A stretch of 64,000 bases of DNA, from assembly GCA_964603585.1 (NCBI GenBank), contig CAZRVK010000005.1:90027-154026 (forward strand), given 5' to 3'. Below the pieces are notes generated by a model, which saw only the letters and a list, made by a program, of their open reading frames with translations, did not search any database and was not told the origin of the DNA. The DNA comes from an uncultured Planctomycetales bacterium (GTDB lineage: Bacteria > Omnitrophota > Gorgyraeia > Gygaellales > Profunditerraquicolaceae). How positions within the stretch are numbered: position 1 is the first letter of the stretch; the number at the start of each line of letters is the position of its first letter. The position numbers and the translations under genes were made by a program. This document shows positions 30,210-40,275 of the stretch, in pieces.

Positions 30210-31598
30210 ATGAAGATAGCGATGTGCGCATCAGAAGTTGTTCCTTTCGCAAAGACCGGGGGTTTGGCGGATGTGGTGGGAGCGCTTCCCCAGGCATTGG
30301 AGGACCAATCCCAGGAAGTCATCATCATTATGCCGGCGTATAAGTCTATCCACAACGCAAAATGCAAGATCCAGAGGCTAAAAGGGGACATTTCATACTC
30401 TATAATAAAAAAGAATATTAAAGTCTACTTTATCGGCCATGCGGAGTATTTTAACCGCGATTGCCTTTATGGTGATAAGTCCGGAGATTATAAAGACAAC
30501 CTGGAGAGATTCTCTTATTTCTGCAAAAGTGCTTTGGCCTTATTGAAAGAATTGAATTTTCAGGCGGATATTATCCATGTGCATGACTGGCAGGCGTGTT
30601 TGGTCCCGGTATATTTAAAGACGATTTATAAGGATGATGCGTTCTTCCAAGGGACAAAGACAGTGTTGACCATTCATAATATCGGTTACCAGGGTTTATT
30701 TCCAAAGGATGAGTTTCCTAAGCTCGGTTTGGATTGGAGCTTGTTTGGTATTGAGGGCCTGGAGTTTTATGGCCGGATAAATCTCCTTAAGGCAGGAATG
30801 GAATTTTGCGATATCATGAATACCGTCAGCCCCACCTACAGCAGACAGATCCAGACCAAGGATTTCGGTTTCGGCCTGGATGGAGTGTTACTGAAGCGCC
30901 GGGATTTGTTGTTTGGGATCTTAAACGGTATCGATTATGCGGTTTGGAACCCGGCAACCGATAAATTCATCGCAAAGAATTTCTCCGCTTCCCACCCGCA
31001 AGGCAAGGCTGTTTGTAAAGAAGACCTGCAGGCATTTTGCAAGCTGCCGTGTAAGAAGAATGTGCCGCTTATCGGGATTGTATCGCGCCTTGCCGAACAA
31101 AAGGGTTTTGATATCCTTGCCGAGAGCATAGATAGTATCTGTAAAATGGATATTCAAATGGTGATTTTAGGCACCGGTGATTTAAAGTATCATCTTGTCC
31201 TGGAAAAAATGCTTAAAAAATACCCCAAGGTCATTTCCTTGAACCAGAAATTTGATGATCCTTTGGCGCATAAGATATACGCCGGATCGGATATATTCCT
31301 TATGCCTTCCAAATATGAGCCTTGTGGTTTAGGGCAGTTGATCAGTTTCCGGTATGGCACTGTTCCCCTGGTTTTTAAAACCGGAGGATTGGCGGATACG
31401 GTGTCTAAGGAGAATGGCTTTGTTTTTGATAAATATACTAAAGACGAACTTAAGAAAACGGTCAAAAAGTCGGTCACTGTTTTTGAAGATAAGCCGGCAT
31501 GGTCGCGCCTGATGCAAAGGGCGATGGATTATGATTTTTCCTGGAAGGAATCTGCGCGTAAATATATAGAGTTGTATGCTAAAGCTAAAAAAGGGTAA
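30210..31598 (+). CDS. glgA: Glycogen synthase (GT5, ADP-glucose type)
   Basis: 'MKIAMCASEVVPFAKTGGLADVVGALP' is the GlgA signature. 462 aa. Confidence 0.9.
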   Translation: MKIAMCASEVVPFAKTGGLADVVGALPQALEDQSQEVIIIMPAYKSIHNAKCKIQRLKGDISYSIIKKNIKVYFIGHAEYFNRDCLYGDKSGDYKDNLERFSYFCKSALALLKELNFQADIIHVHDWQACLVPVYLKTIYKDDAFFQGTKTVLTIHNIGYQGLFPKDEFPKLGLDWSLFGIEGLEFYGRINLLKAGMEFCDIMNTVSPTYSRQIQTKDFGFGLDGVLLKRRDLLFGILNGIDYAVWNPATDKFIAKNFSASHPQGKAVCKEDLQAFCKLPCKKNVPLIGIVSRLAEQKGFDILAESIDSICKMDIQMVILGTGDLKYHLVLEKMLKKYPKVISLNQKFDDPLAHKIYAGSDIFLMPSKYEPCGLGQLISFRYGTVPLVFKTGGLADTVSKENGFVFDKYTKDELKKTVKKSVTVFEDKPAWSRLMQRAMDYDFSWKESARKYIELYAKAKKG

Positions 31599-32193
31599 AA
31601 GGATCGTTATCGGGCTTACCGGTGGTTTTGCCAGCGGTAAAACCACTGTCGCCTCTATCTTTAAGGCGTTGGGTGCTAAGGTGATTGATGCAGACCTTAT
31701 CGCACATCAAGCCATCTGCCCGGGCGAATTGGCGTATAGAAAAGTGGTTAAGGCATTCGGGCAAGAGGTCTTAAACAAAGATTTGAGCATTAACCGGCAT
31801 AAATTAGGCAAAATAGTTTTTGCTCGCCAGAATTTGCTGAAATTGCTTAACCGCATTGTTCATCCGGAAGTGGTCCGCAGGATCAAACGCCAGATAAAAT
31901 TGTCTCCTAAAGGTCCGGTGGTTTTAGACGCGCCTTTATTGGTAGAGGCGGGCTTGGCTTGCCTTATGGATAGTATTATCGTGGTAAAATTGCCGCTGAC
32001 GGAACAAATTAAAAGGGCTAAAAAAAGAGACGGCCTGAAGAAGGAAGATGTCTTAAAAAGGATAAAAGCGCAATCATCACTCTCGGATAAGGTCCGTTTA
32101 GCGGACTTCGTAATAGATAATAGCGGTTCACGGGCAAAGACAAAAAAACAGGTTATGCAGATATGTTATAAAATGGGGCTGGCCGTAAATTAA
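31576..32193 (+). CDS. coaE: Dephospho-CoA kinase
   Basis: '[18 protein letters not shown]' P-loop. About 200 aa. The start overlaps the end of glgA. Confidence 0.85.
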   Translation: MLKLKKGKRIVIGLTGGFASGKTTVASIFKALGAKVIDADLIAHQAICPGELAYRKVVKAFGQEVLNKDLSINRHKLGKIVFARQNLLKLLNRIVHPEVVRRIKRQIKLSPKGPVVLDAPLLVEAGLACLMDSIIVVKLPLTEQIKRAKKRDGLKKEDVLKRIKAQSSLSDKVRLADFVIDNSGSRAKTKKQVMQICYKMGLAVN

Positions 32194-32249
32194 ACATTAA
32201 ACGTTCTGGCCCTGCCGGCTTAAATGTTGGCATTATTAAGGAGGAAGTT

Positions 32250-33509
32250 GTGGAGAAATTAGATATTCGTAAGTTGAAGGATATGAAGATTACCGAATTG
32301 AATAAGTTGGCCAAGGAACTCAATGTCAACGGTTTTACCGGGCTTAAAAAACAGGATCTCATCTTTAAGATACTGCAGGGCCAGGCGGAGAAGGAAGGAT
32401 TGATGTTTGGGGAGGGTATTTTGGAGATCCTGCCGGAAGGTTTTGGTTTTTTGCGTTCGACCAATTATAATTACCTGCCCTGCCCGGATGATATTTACAT
32501 TTCTCCTTCTCAAATCCGGAAATTCGATTTAAGGACAGGGGATACGGTCAGCGGCGAGATCCGCCCTCCCAAAGAAGGGGAAAAATATTTTGCCCTTTTA
32601 AAGGTAGAAGCGGTTAATTTTGAGAATCCGGAACAGGCCAAAGAAAAGGTGCTTTTTGATAACTTGACCCCGATCTATCCCCGGGAGCATTTTATCATGG
32701 AAACTTCCCCCAGTGAGGTTTCTATGCGGATCATGGACCTTTTGGCTCCGATCGGTAAAGGCCAGCGTGGCCTGATTGTGGCCCAGCCGTACAGCGGGAA
32801 AACTGTTTTATTGCAGAAAATCGCTAATGCGATTACCACCAACCAGCCGGATGTGATCTTAATCGTACTTTTGATCGATGAACGCCCGGAAGAGGTCACC
32901 GATATGCAAAGGCATGTTAAGGGAGAGGTCATTTCTTCGACCTTTGATGAACCGCCGGAAAGGCATGTGCAGGTAGCAGAGATAGTTTTAGAAAAAGCCA
33001 AACGGCTGGTAGAGCATAAACGGGATGTAGTGATCCTCTTGGATAGTATCACCCGCCTGGCACGCGCATATAACTCCGTGGTCCCGCACAGCGGCAAGGT
33101 TTTATCCGGCGGTATTGATTCAAATGCCCTGCAAAAGCCAAAACGTTTCTTTGGCGCGGCGCGCGCGATCGAAGAGGGAGGGTCTTTAAGTATTATCGCT
33201 ACGGCGCTTGTCGATACTGGAAGCCGTATGGATGAAGTGATCTTTGAAGAATTCAAAGGCACCGGGAATATGGAGATCCAGCTTGACCGTAATCTATTCC
33301 AGAGGAGGATCTATCCGGCAATCGATATCAAGCGTTCCAATACCCGGCATGAAGAATTGCTTTTAAAGCCGGATATCCTGCAGCGGGTTTGGATACTGCG
33401 AAAGGTTTTAAATGAATTGAGCAATGTGGAGGCAATGGAACTTTTGATTGAGAAATTATTAAAGACCAAGAACAATGAAGAGTTCTTGAACAGTATGAAC
33501 CAGAAATAA
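32250..33509 (+). CDS. rho: Transcription termination factor Rho
   Basis: N-terminal RNA-binding domain '[12 protein letters not shown]' and RecA-like ATPase '[17 protein letters not shown]'. GTG start, with 'AAGGAGG' RBS 6 nt upstream. Confidence 0.95.
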   Translation: MEKLDIRKLKDMKITELNKLAKELNVNGFTGLKKQDLIFKILQGQAEKEGLMFGEGILEILPEGFGFLRSTNYNYLPCPDDIYISPSQIRKFDLRTGDTVSGEIRPPKEGEKYFALLKVEAVNFENPEQAKEKVLFDNLTPIYPREHFIMETSPSEVSMRIMDLLAPIGKGQRGLIVAQPYSGKTVLLQKIANAITTNQPDVILIVLLIDERPEEVTDMQRHVKGEVISSTFDEPPERHVQVAEIVLEKAKRLVEHKRDVVILLDSITRLARAYNSVVPHSGKVLSGGIDSNALQKPKRFFGAARAIEEGGSLSIIATALVDTGSRMDEVIFEEFKGTGNMEIQLDRNLFQRRIYPAIDIKRSNTRHEELLLKPDILQRVWILRKVLNELSNVEAMELLIEKLLKTKNNEEFLNSMNQK

Positions 33510-33532
33510 CTACTCATAAGGAGGGAAACAAA

Positions 33533-33742
33533 ATGCAAGACAAAATTCATCCCAAGTACCAGGATTCAGTGATCATCTGCGCCTGCGGTAACACAGTGCA
33601 TACACGTTCTACCAAACCGAGTATCCGGGTCGAGGTATGTTCGAAATGCCATCCATTTTTTACCGGCAAACAGAAATTCGTGGATTCGGCTGGACGCGTG
33701 GATAAGTTCATGAAGAAATACAGTAAAAAAGCCGGCAAATAA
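33533..33742 (+). CDS. rpmE: 50S ribosomal protein L31 (zinc-ribbon type)
   Basis: 69 aa, 'MQDKIHPKY' N-terminus, CxxC...CxxC. Confidence 0.95.
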   Translation: MQDKIHPKYQDSVIICACGNTVHTRSTKPSIRVEVCSKCHPFFTGKQKFVDSAGRVDKFMKKYSKKAGK

Positions 33743-33751
33743 TCTCTAAAA

Positions 33752-34819
33752 ATGTTCGATCACTTAGAAAAGATAGAGAAGCGGTATGAAGAGTTGGAGC
33801 AGATCTTGGGGTCTAATCAGGCCATCTCCGACCGGGAGCAGTATAATCGATACGCCAAGGAACTTTCCGACCTGAAGGATGCGGTATCGTTATTCCGGGA
33901 GTATAAGGAAGTGCTCAAACAATCCAAAGATCTGGAAGGCGAATTGTCCCAAAAACACGACTTGGATTTCCTGGAACTGATAAAAAGAGAGATCGCCGAG
34001 TTATCCTCCAGGAAAATTGATTTAGAGGATAAGCTCAAAAAACAGCTTACCGGAGAAGATAAAGACCTGGGCCGGGATATAATGGTAGAGATCCGCCCGG
34101 GGACCGGCGGTTTGGAGGCAGGATTGTTTGCTGCGGATCTTTATCGGATGTATACGCAATATGCTGCGGCTAAAGGCTGGGGCACGGAAGTCATGTCTTC
34201 TCATTATACCGAATTGGGCGGGGTAAAAGAAATCGTCTTTAGCGTCAAAGGCAGAGAGGCTTATAAGCGGCTTAAGTTCGAAAGCGGTGTGCATAGGGTT
34301 CAGCGGGTTCCGGAGACGGAAGCGCAGGGCCGGATACATACTTCTACTGCGACGGTGGCGGTGATGGTTGAACCTAAAGAGGTTGACCTGGTGATCGAAC
34401 CGAAGGATTTACGTATCGATACCTACCGGGCAAGCGGCCCGGGCGGTCAGCATATGCAAAAGAGCGATTCGGCGGTAAGGATAACACATATTCCCAGCGG
34501 TGTAGTTGTAGCTTGCCAGGATGAGCGGTCGCAGTTAAAGAATAAGACCAAAGCCATGAGGATCCTGGCGGCACGCCTTTTGGATTCGAAAAAACAGGAA
34601 GAGGCCAAAAAGATGGCTCAAGAAAGAAAGTCCCAGATCGGCACCGGAGATAGAAGCGAAAAGATCCGTACTTATAATTTCCCTGACCGCAGGGTTACCG
34701 ATCACAGGATAAATTTCTCTCTCTACCGTTTAGAGGCTGTTCTTGACGGTGATTTGGATGAGCTTTCCGAAGCTTTGCTGGCGGCAGAAGCCGAAAGAGC
34801 CGGCGAGAATAAAGTTTAG
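33752..34819 (+). CDS. prfA: Peptide chain release factor 1
   Basis: GGQ motif 'SGPGGQHMQKSDSAVRITH' and the RF1-specific PxT region. Confidence 0.95.
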   Translation: MFDHLEKIEKRYEELEQILGSNQAISDREQYNRYAKELSDLKDAVSLFREYKEVLKQSKDLEGELSQKHDLDFLELIKREIAELSSRKIDLEDKLKKQLTGEDKDLGRDIMVEIRPGTGGLEAGLFAADLYRMYTQYAAAKGWGTEVMSSHYTELGGVKEIVFSVKGREAYKRLKFESGVHRVQRVPETEAQGRIHTSTATVAVMVEPKEVDLVIEPKDLRIDTYRASGPGGQHMQKSDSAVRITHIPSGVVVACQDERSQLKNKTKAMRILAARLLDSKKQEEAKKMAQERKSQIGTGDRSEKIRTYNFPDRRVTDHRINFSLYRLEAVLDGDLDELSEALLAAEAERAGENKV

Positions 34820-34836
34820 AAGAAAAGGAGGCCAAG

Positions 34837-35136
34837 ATGCTGGATCTAAATGCGATTGTGGATTTATTTGCGGATATATTCTCTAAGCCGGAAAACTTCG
34901 GGATATTGTTATTGGTTCTATTGCTCCTTTCTCTTTTTACTGTCCTTTGGATCGTTTTAGCTAACAAGGGTCGGTTGAAGTCCCTGGAAAGTAAAAAAGA
35001 TATCGAGATCCGGCTTTTGAAATCACAGCTTCAAGAATTACAGGCAAAGAATGATGCATTATCCAAATCCCAGATTTGGGATTCGGAAAAGAAAAAAACC
35101 GAGAACGCCCCTCATCGAGGGGAGGCCGCAAAATAG
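34837..35136 (+). CDS. Small bitopic membrane protein with coiled-coil (hypothetical, FtsB/DivIC-like architecture)
   Basis: 99 aa. One TM 'FGILLLVLLLLSLFTVLWIVL' followed by a heptad-rich, Lys/Glu-rich segment. RBS 'AAAGGAGG' upstream. Confidence 0.4.
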   Translation: MLDLNAIVDLFADIFSKPENFGILLLVLLLLSLFTVLWIVLANKGRLKSLESKKDIEIRLLKSQLQELQAKNDALSKSQIWDSEKKKTENAPHRGEAAK

Positions 35137-35139
35137 CAT

Positions 35140-35937
35140 ATGACAGAAGCAGAGTTTTTATTCTCGCAGATCATTGGTTGTGACCGGGCATCTTTATATC
35201 TTAACCGGGATATGCACTTAAATACGCGTGATGCCGGTTTTGTTTCCTCGGCCTTAAAACGCCGGTTTTTGGGTGAACCGATACAATATATCTTGGGCGT
35301 GGCGGATTTTATGGGGATAGAGTTTAAAGTAACGCCCAGCGTACTTATTCCCCGTCCGGAAACAGAGATCCTGGTCGAGACCGCGGTAAAGCTGCTTCCG
35401 TCGGCATTCTCCGGGGATATCCTGGATATTGGGACCGGTTCAGGCTGTATTGCGGTTTCCTTAGCCAGGGCTTTCCCGGGGGCGTCTATCAAGGCGGTGG
35501 ATATTTCTTTTGAAGCTTTGCAGGTGGCAAAAGCAAATGCGGTTTCCAATCATCTCCAGGCACAGATAGAATTCATCCATAATGATCTATTCCCGCCTCG
35601 TCATCATAGCCCCGGGAAATATGATTTGATCATCAGTAATCCTCCGTATATTATTTCGCAGGAAATAGATGGTTTGCAGATAGAGGTGCGAAAAGAGCCG
35701 CGGCTGGCTTTGGACGGAGGTATCGATGGCCTGGATTTTTATCGCCGGATCATTGAAGGATCTTTAAACTACTTGAATGGCTCTGGGCTTTTGATCATGG
35801 AGATGGGTTTCAATCAGGCCAAGGCGATAAAAAATAGTTTTCAAAAAAGCCGAAACTTTGAGATAATAGAGGCGGTTAGGGATTATAGCGGGATAGAACG
35901 GGTGATCGCCGCCAGGCTCATTAAATCTAAAAGGTGA
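35140..35937 (+). CDS. prmC: Release factor glutamine N5-methyltransferase (HemK)
   Basis: 'GTGSGCIAVSLA' SAM motif and 'ISNPPYI' motif. Conserved prfA-prmC linkage. Confidence 0.9.
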   Translation: MTEAEFLFSQIIGCDRASLYLNRDMHLNTRDAGFVSSALKRRFLGEPIQYILGVADFMGIEFKVTPSVLIPRPETEILVETAVKLLPSAFSGDILDIGTGSGCIAVSLARAFPGASIKAVDISFEALQVAKANAVSNHLQAQIEFIHNDLFPPRHHSPGKYDLIISNPPYIISQEIDGLQIEVRKEPRLALDGGIDGLDFYRRIIEGSLNYLNGSGLLIMEMGFNQAKAIKNSFQKSRNFEIIEAVRDYSGIERVIAARLIKSKR

Positions 35938-35943
35938 ATCATT

Positions 35944-37206
35944 ATGGATAAATTGATTGTTGAAGGCGGGTTGAAGCTAAAAGGAGAGGTTACTGTTTCC
36001 GGGGCGAAGAATGCGGTGTTGCCGATATTGGCGGCGACGTTACTTACGGATGATGCATGTATCATAAAAGGAATGCCGGATCTAAGGGATACCAATACTA
36101 TGCTTAAGATCCTGCGGTCTTTGGGAAAAAGCGCGGAATTCGAGAACCAAACCGCTATTATCAGCCAGGCGAAAAACGCCAATTTTATTGCCGATTACAA
36201 GCTGGTTTCTACTATGCGCGCTTCATTTTGTGTTTTAGGCCCGCTTTTAGGCAAGTTGCGAAAGGCCAAAGTTTCTTTGCCCGGAGGATGTATCATTGGG
36301 GTGCGTCCGGTAGATCTGCACATCAAAGGCCTCAAGGCTTTGAATGCCGCAATAGATATTGAAGGCGGTTATGTCGTGGCAAATGCCTCCAGGCTTCGTG
36401 GGTCGCATATATATTTGGGGGGAGTATATGGTTCTTCGGTTTTAGCTACTGATAACGTAATGATGGCGGCTTGTTTAGCCGAGGGGAAAACGGTCATTGA
36501 ATCTGCAGCCTGTGAACCGGAGGTTTATGATCTGGCGGAGTTTTTGATCAAAATGGGAGCCAAGATAAAAGGCCATGGCACTCCAACGATAGAGGTGGAA
36601 GGAGTAAAGCATCTGCATGGGGCAGAGCATAAAATAATACCGGATCGTATCGAAGCGGGGACGTTTATCCTTGCGGCTTTGATCACAAAAGGGGATATTA
36701 CGATAAAAAATGTTTCATCGGGGCATCTGGGAGCGGTTATTGACAAGCTTGAAGAATCCGGGGTTGTGATGAAACTAAAGGATAACGCTATCCGGGTTGC
36801 TTTAAAAAAGAAGCTTAAACCGGTAAATATAACTACTCTTCCTTATCCGGGGTTTCCGACCGATATGCAGGCCCAGATGATGAGCCTGATGGCAGTGACT
36901 CCCGGGATCAGCGTGATTACCGAGAAAATTTATCCTGACCGGTTCATGCATGTTGCAGAATTGAATCGTATGGGTGCCAACATTCAGAGGGAAGGGCCGC
37001 ATGCCATAGTTTCCGGGGTAAGGCAGTTATCCGGAGCTCCGGTTATGGCCTCTGATTTACGCGCGTCTGCTTCTTTGGTTTTAGCAGGTTTGGTGGCCAG
37101 CGGTAAAACTTCTATTTCCCGGATTTATCACTTAGAGCGCGGTTATGAGAATATCGAGGATAAATTGATCGCTTTAGGAGCCAGGGTGTGGAGGGAGAGG
37201 GAGTAA
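35944..37206 (+). CDS. murA: UDP-N-acetylglucosamine 1-carboxyvinyltransferase
   Basis: 'KLKGEVTVSGAKNAVLPILAATLL' and the active-site Cys region 'GGCIIGVRPVDLH'. Confidence 0.95.
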   Translation: MDKLIVEGGLKLKGEVTVSGAKNAVLPILAATLLTDDACIIKGMPDLRDTNTMLKILRSLGKSAEFENQTAIISQAKNANFIADYKLVSTMRASFCVLGPLLGKLRKAKVSLPGGCIIGVRPVDLHIKGLKALNAAIDIEGGYVVANASRLRGSHIYLGGVYGSSVLATDNVMMAACLAEGKTVIESAACEPEVYDLAEFLIKMGAKIKGHGTPTIEVEGVKHLHGAEHKIIPDRIEAGTFILAALITKGDITIKNVSSGHLGAVIDKLEESGVVMKLKDNAIRVALKKKLKPVNITTLPYPGFPTDMQAQMMSLMAVTPGISVITEKIYPDRFMHVAELNRMGANIQREGPHAIVSGVRQLSGAPVMASDLRASASLVLAGLVASGKTSISRIYHLERGYENIEDKLIALGARVWRERE

Positions 37207-37207
37207 A

Positions 37208-37771
37208 ATGATCTTAATGCTCGATAATTACGACTCATTTACCTATAACCTTGTCCAGTATTTGACGGAGTTGAATGCCGAGGTAAAGGTGTTTCGCAAT
37301 GACCAGATCAGTTTGGATAAGGTCAAACAACTTCATCCCGAGAAGATCGTGATCTCTCCCGGCCCGGGACGGCCGGAAAACGCAGGGATATCCTGTGATT
37401 TGATCAGGGAATTTGCGGGGAGTGTGCCTATTTTGGGCGTGTGCCTTGGCCATCAGGCGATAGGTTTTGTTTATGGCGGCAATATTATTTCTGCCGGACA
37501 ATTGATGCATGGCAAGACATCCCGTATTTTCCATAACCAAAAAACAATTTTTAAGGGGATTCCCAATCCTTTTGACGCGACCCGCTACCATTCACTATTG
37601 GTTGAGAGGGTATCTATTCCTGAATGCCTGGAGATAGTCGCCTGGACAAAAGAAAAAGAGATCATGGGATTAAAGCATAAGAGGTATCCGCTTTGGGGTG
37701 TGCAGTTCCATCCCGAGTCCATTTTGACTAAATCCGGCAAGGATCTCCTCAAGAATTTCCTGAAAATATGA
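37208..37771 (+). CDS. trpG: Anthranilate synthase component II / glutamine amidotransferase (TrpG/PabA)
   Basis: 'MILMLDNYDSFTYNLVQYL' and the 'GVCLGHQ' catalytic Cys motif. Followed by trpD-C-F. Confidence 0.85.
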   Translation: MILMLDNYDSFTYNLVQYLTELNAEVKVFRNDQISLDKVKQLHPEKIVISPGPGRPENAGISCDLIREFAGSVPILGVCLGHQAIGFVYGGNIISAGQLMHGKTSRIFHNQKTIFKGIPNPFDATRYHSLLVERVSIPECLEIVAWTKEKEIMGLKHKRYPLWGVQFHPESILTKSGKDLLKNFLKI

Positions 37772-38778
37772 TCTTAGACGCTATAGAGCTATTATCTAAG
37801 GGCCGGGATTTGACTGCCGGTCAGATGGCCTTGGTCATGGAAGAGATCATGTCCGGCCAGGCTATCCACGAAGAGATAGTTACTTTCCTTACTCATTTAA
37901 GCAAAAAAGGCGAAACTCCCGCTGAATTGGCTGCTGCCGTTTCCGTCATGCGCCGTTTTGCTGTGCAGATCAAAACAAAGCATAAGGTGGTCCTGGATAC
38001 CTGTGGTACTGGTGGGGACTGTTCCGGGACATTTAATATTTCAACCGCTGTAGCGTTTGTAGTTAGCGGTGCCGGTGTTGTGGTCGCTAAACACGGAAAC
38101 CGTGCGGTATCCAGCCGTTCGGGCAGTGCCGATACCCTGGAGGCATTGGGGATCAATATCCATTTAAACCCGCAGATGATTTCAAAATGCCTGGATGAAA
38201 TAGGGATCGCTTTTTTATTCGCACAAAACCTGCATCCGGCGATGAAATATGCCATGTCAGCCAGAAAAGAGATCAAATCCCGCACGATCTTCAATCTTTT
38301 GGGGCCGCTAAGTAATCCGGCCTCGGCTACGCATCAGTTGATCGGGGTTTACCATCGGCGTTGGGTTGAGGTCCTGGCAGAGGCATTGAAAAACCTTGGC
38401 GCGTTCCATGCCCTGGTAGTGCATGGCAGTGACGGGCTGGATGAAATTACGACTACCGGTACAACCTTTATCGTTGAGGCCAAACGCGGCAAGATCATAA
38501 AATATGATGTTTCTCCCGGGGATTTTGGGTTTAGGCCGGCTGTTTTATCTGATCTGGCAGGCGGGGTGGCAGCGGATAACGCTAAAATCATTCTTGAAAT
38601 ATTAAACGGCAAGAAAAGCTGCCGGAGGGATATCGTTATTTTAAATGCCGGGGCGGCTTTATACGCGGCTGATAAGGCCGCCTCGATAAAAGAAGGCATT
38701 CTCCTTGCAGAAGAATCCATTGATTCGGGGGATGCCTTAATGAAGCTTAATTCATTAAAGGAGTATGCACAATTATGA
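37768..38778 (+). CDS. trpD: Anthranilate phosphoribosyltransferase
   Basis: 'LDTCGTGGD' and 'VAKHGNRAVSSRSGSAD' motifs. Confidence 0.95.
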   Translation: MILDAIELLSKGRDLTAGQMALVMEEIMSGQAIHEEIVTFLTHLSKKGETPAELAAAVSVMRRFAVQIKTKHKVVLDTCGTGGDCSGTFNISTAVAFVVSGAGVVVAKHGNRAVSSRSGSADTLEALGINIHLNPQMISKCLDEIGIAFLFAQNLHPAMKYAMSARKEIKSRTIFNLLGPLSNPASATHQLIGVYHRRWVEVLAEALKNLGAFHALVVHGSDGLDEITTTGTTFIVEAKRGKIIKYDVSPGDFGFRPAVLSDLAGGVAADNAKIILEILNGKKSCRRDIVILNAGAALYAADKAASIKEGILLAEESIDSGDALMKLNSLKEYAQL

Positions 38779-39572
38779 AGAACCCGGATATCTTAAAAAC
38801 CATAGTCATGAAGAAAAAAGAGAAACTCGAACTGGCAAAGATTGCCTTGCCGCTTGAAGAACTAAAGAGCCGTGTGTCTGGGGTTGAGACATGCCGTAAT
38901 TTCCTTGAAGCGATAAATAAGCCGCGGCAGATCTCGCTTATTGCCGAGATCAAAAAGGCGTCCCCTTCAAAGGGAGTGATCCGGGATAATTTTGTCCCGG
39001 CAGAAATCGCCAAGATCTACCAGGAACAGGGTGCTGCGGCTATTTCGGTTTTGACCGAAGAGGATCATTTTATGGGCAATCTTTCCTATATTAGCGAAGT
39101 AAAAAAGGCGCAAGATCTGCCGGTATTGCGCAAAGACTTTATTTTTGATGCCTATCAGGTTTACGAATCGCGCCTTTACGGTGCGGATGCCATATTGCTG
39201 ATCGAGGATTTGCTTACCAAGGATCAATTAACCGAGTTAGTCATCTTAGCGGCATCTTTAGGTATGGATTGTTTAGTCGAGGTGCATGATGAAAAGGCGC
39301 TGAAAAAGGTGCTGGGCCTTAAGCTTAAGGATATTCCTTTTGCTATTGGGATTAACAATAGAGATTTGCATACGTTAGAGGTTGATCCTAAGACTACCGA
39401 ACGGCTTTTTATGCTTATTCCGCGCGGCAGGACGGTGGTGATAGAGAGCGGGATCAGGTCCCGCCAGGATGTTTCGTTCTTAAAGATCCTTGGTGCTAAC
39501 GCAGTATTGATCGGCCAGGCATTTATGGAAGCAGACGATATTGCTAAAAAAATGAACGAAATCATAATTTAA
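38775..39572 (+). CDS. trpC: Indole-3-glycerol phosphate synthase
   Basis: 'LIAEIKKASPSKG' and 'GINNRDL' motifs. Confidence 0.9.
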   Translation: MKNPDILKTIVMKKKEKLELAKIALPLEELKSRVSGVETCRNFLEAINKPRQISLIAEIKKASPSKGVIRDNFVPAEIAKIYQEQGAAAISVLTEEDHFMGNLSYISEVKKAQDLPVLRKDFIFDAYQVYESRLYGADAILLIEDLLTKDQLTELVILAASLGMDCLVEVHDEKALKKVLGLKLKDIPFAIGINNRDLHTLEVDPKTTERLFMLIPRGRTVVIESGIRSRQDVSFLKILGANAVLIGQAFMEADDIAKKMNEIII

Positions 39573-39652
39573 TCTTTGTATTTTGCAGGCGCTTTATCGC
39601 TTGTCGGGAATAATGCCAGTTGCAATGTCTATGCAACGTCTTGGGGGAAGAG

Positions 39653-40270
39653 ATGGTTAAGGTTAAAATCTGCGGGATAACCAATCTTAAAGATGCCTTG
39701 GCTGCAGTAGGGGCCGGGTGCGATGCTTTGGGTTTTGTGTTTTATAAAAAAAGCCCCCGCTATATTACACCGGCGAAGGCGGCCGGCATAATCAGATGCC
39801 TGCCGGCAGGTATTATTAAGATCGGTGTTTTTGTCGATGCCTCCGAGAAAACAATTAAGAGGATCTCTACTGTTTGCCGCCTTGATCTATTGCAGTTCCA
39901 TGGGCATGAGACAGCTGGCTTCTGCAAAAAATTCAGGGGTTTAAAGATCATTAAGGCATTTCGCATAAGGAATAAAGAGGATTTAGCGTGTGTCTTGGAT
40001 TATAAGGTTTTTGCTTATCTTTTCGATGCTTTTTCAAGGTCAGGCTTTGGAGGAACAGGCAAAAAGTTCGACTGGAAGTTGTTGAGGCATCTGAAAAAAC
40101 CTACCCGCCCGGTCTTTCTTTCCGGAGGGCTTACTGCCCGTAACGTCGGAAAAGCGATAAGTTTACTGCATCCTGATTGGGTGGATGCCTGTACTTCCCT
40201 GGAGGCAACCCCCGGCAAGAAAAACCACAAAAAACTGAAAGCCTTCATTTCCCGGGCAAAAAACAATTAA
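39653..40270 (+). CDS. trpF: Phosphoribosylanthranilate isomerase
   Basis: 'KVKICGITNLKDALAAVGAGCDALGFVF' is the TrpF N-terminus. Confidence 0.85.
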   Translation: MVKVKICGITNLKDALAAVGAGCDALGFVFYKKSPRYITPAKAAGIIRCLPAGIIKIGVFVDASEKTIKRISTVCRLDLLQFHGHETAGFCKKFRGLKIIKAFRIRNKEDLACVLDYKVFAYLFDAFSRSGFGGTGKKFDWKLLRHLKKPTRPVFLSGGLTARNVGKAISLLHPDWVDACTSLEATPGKKNHKKLKAFISRAKNN

Positions 40271-40275
40271 GGTCT

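Noticed and set aside
37206-37208. Whether a trp attenuator or T-box leader precedes trpG
   Set aside because: murA's stop and trpG's start are separated by a single base, so no leader is possible.
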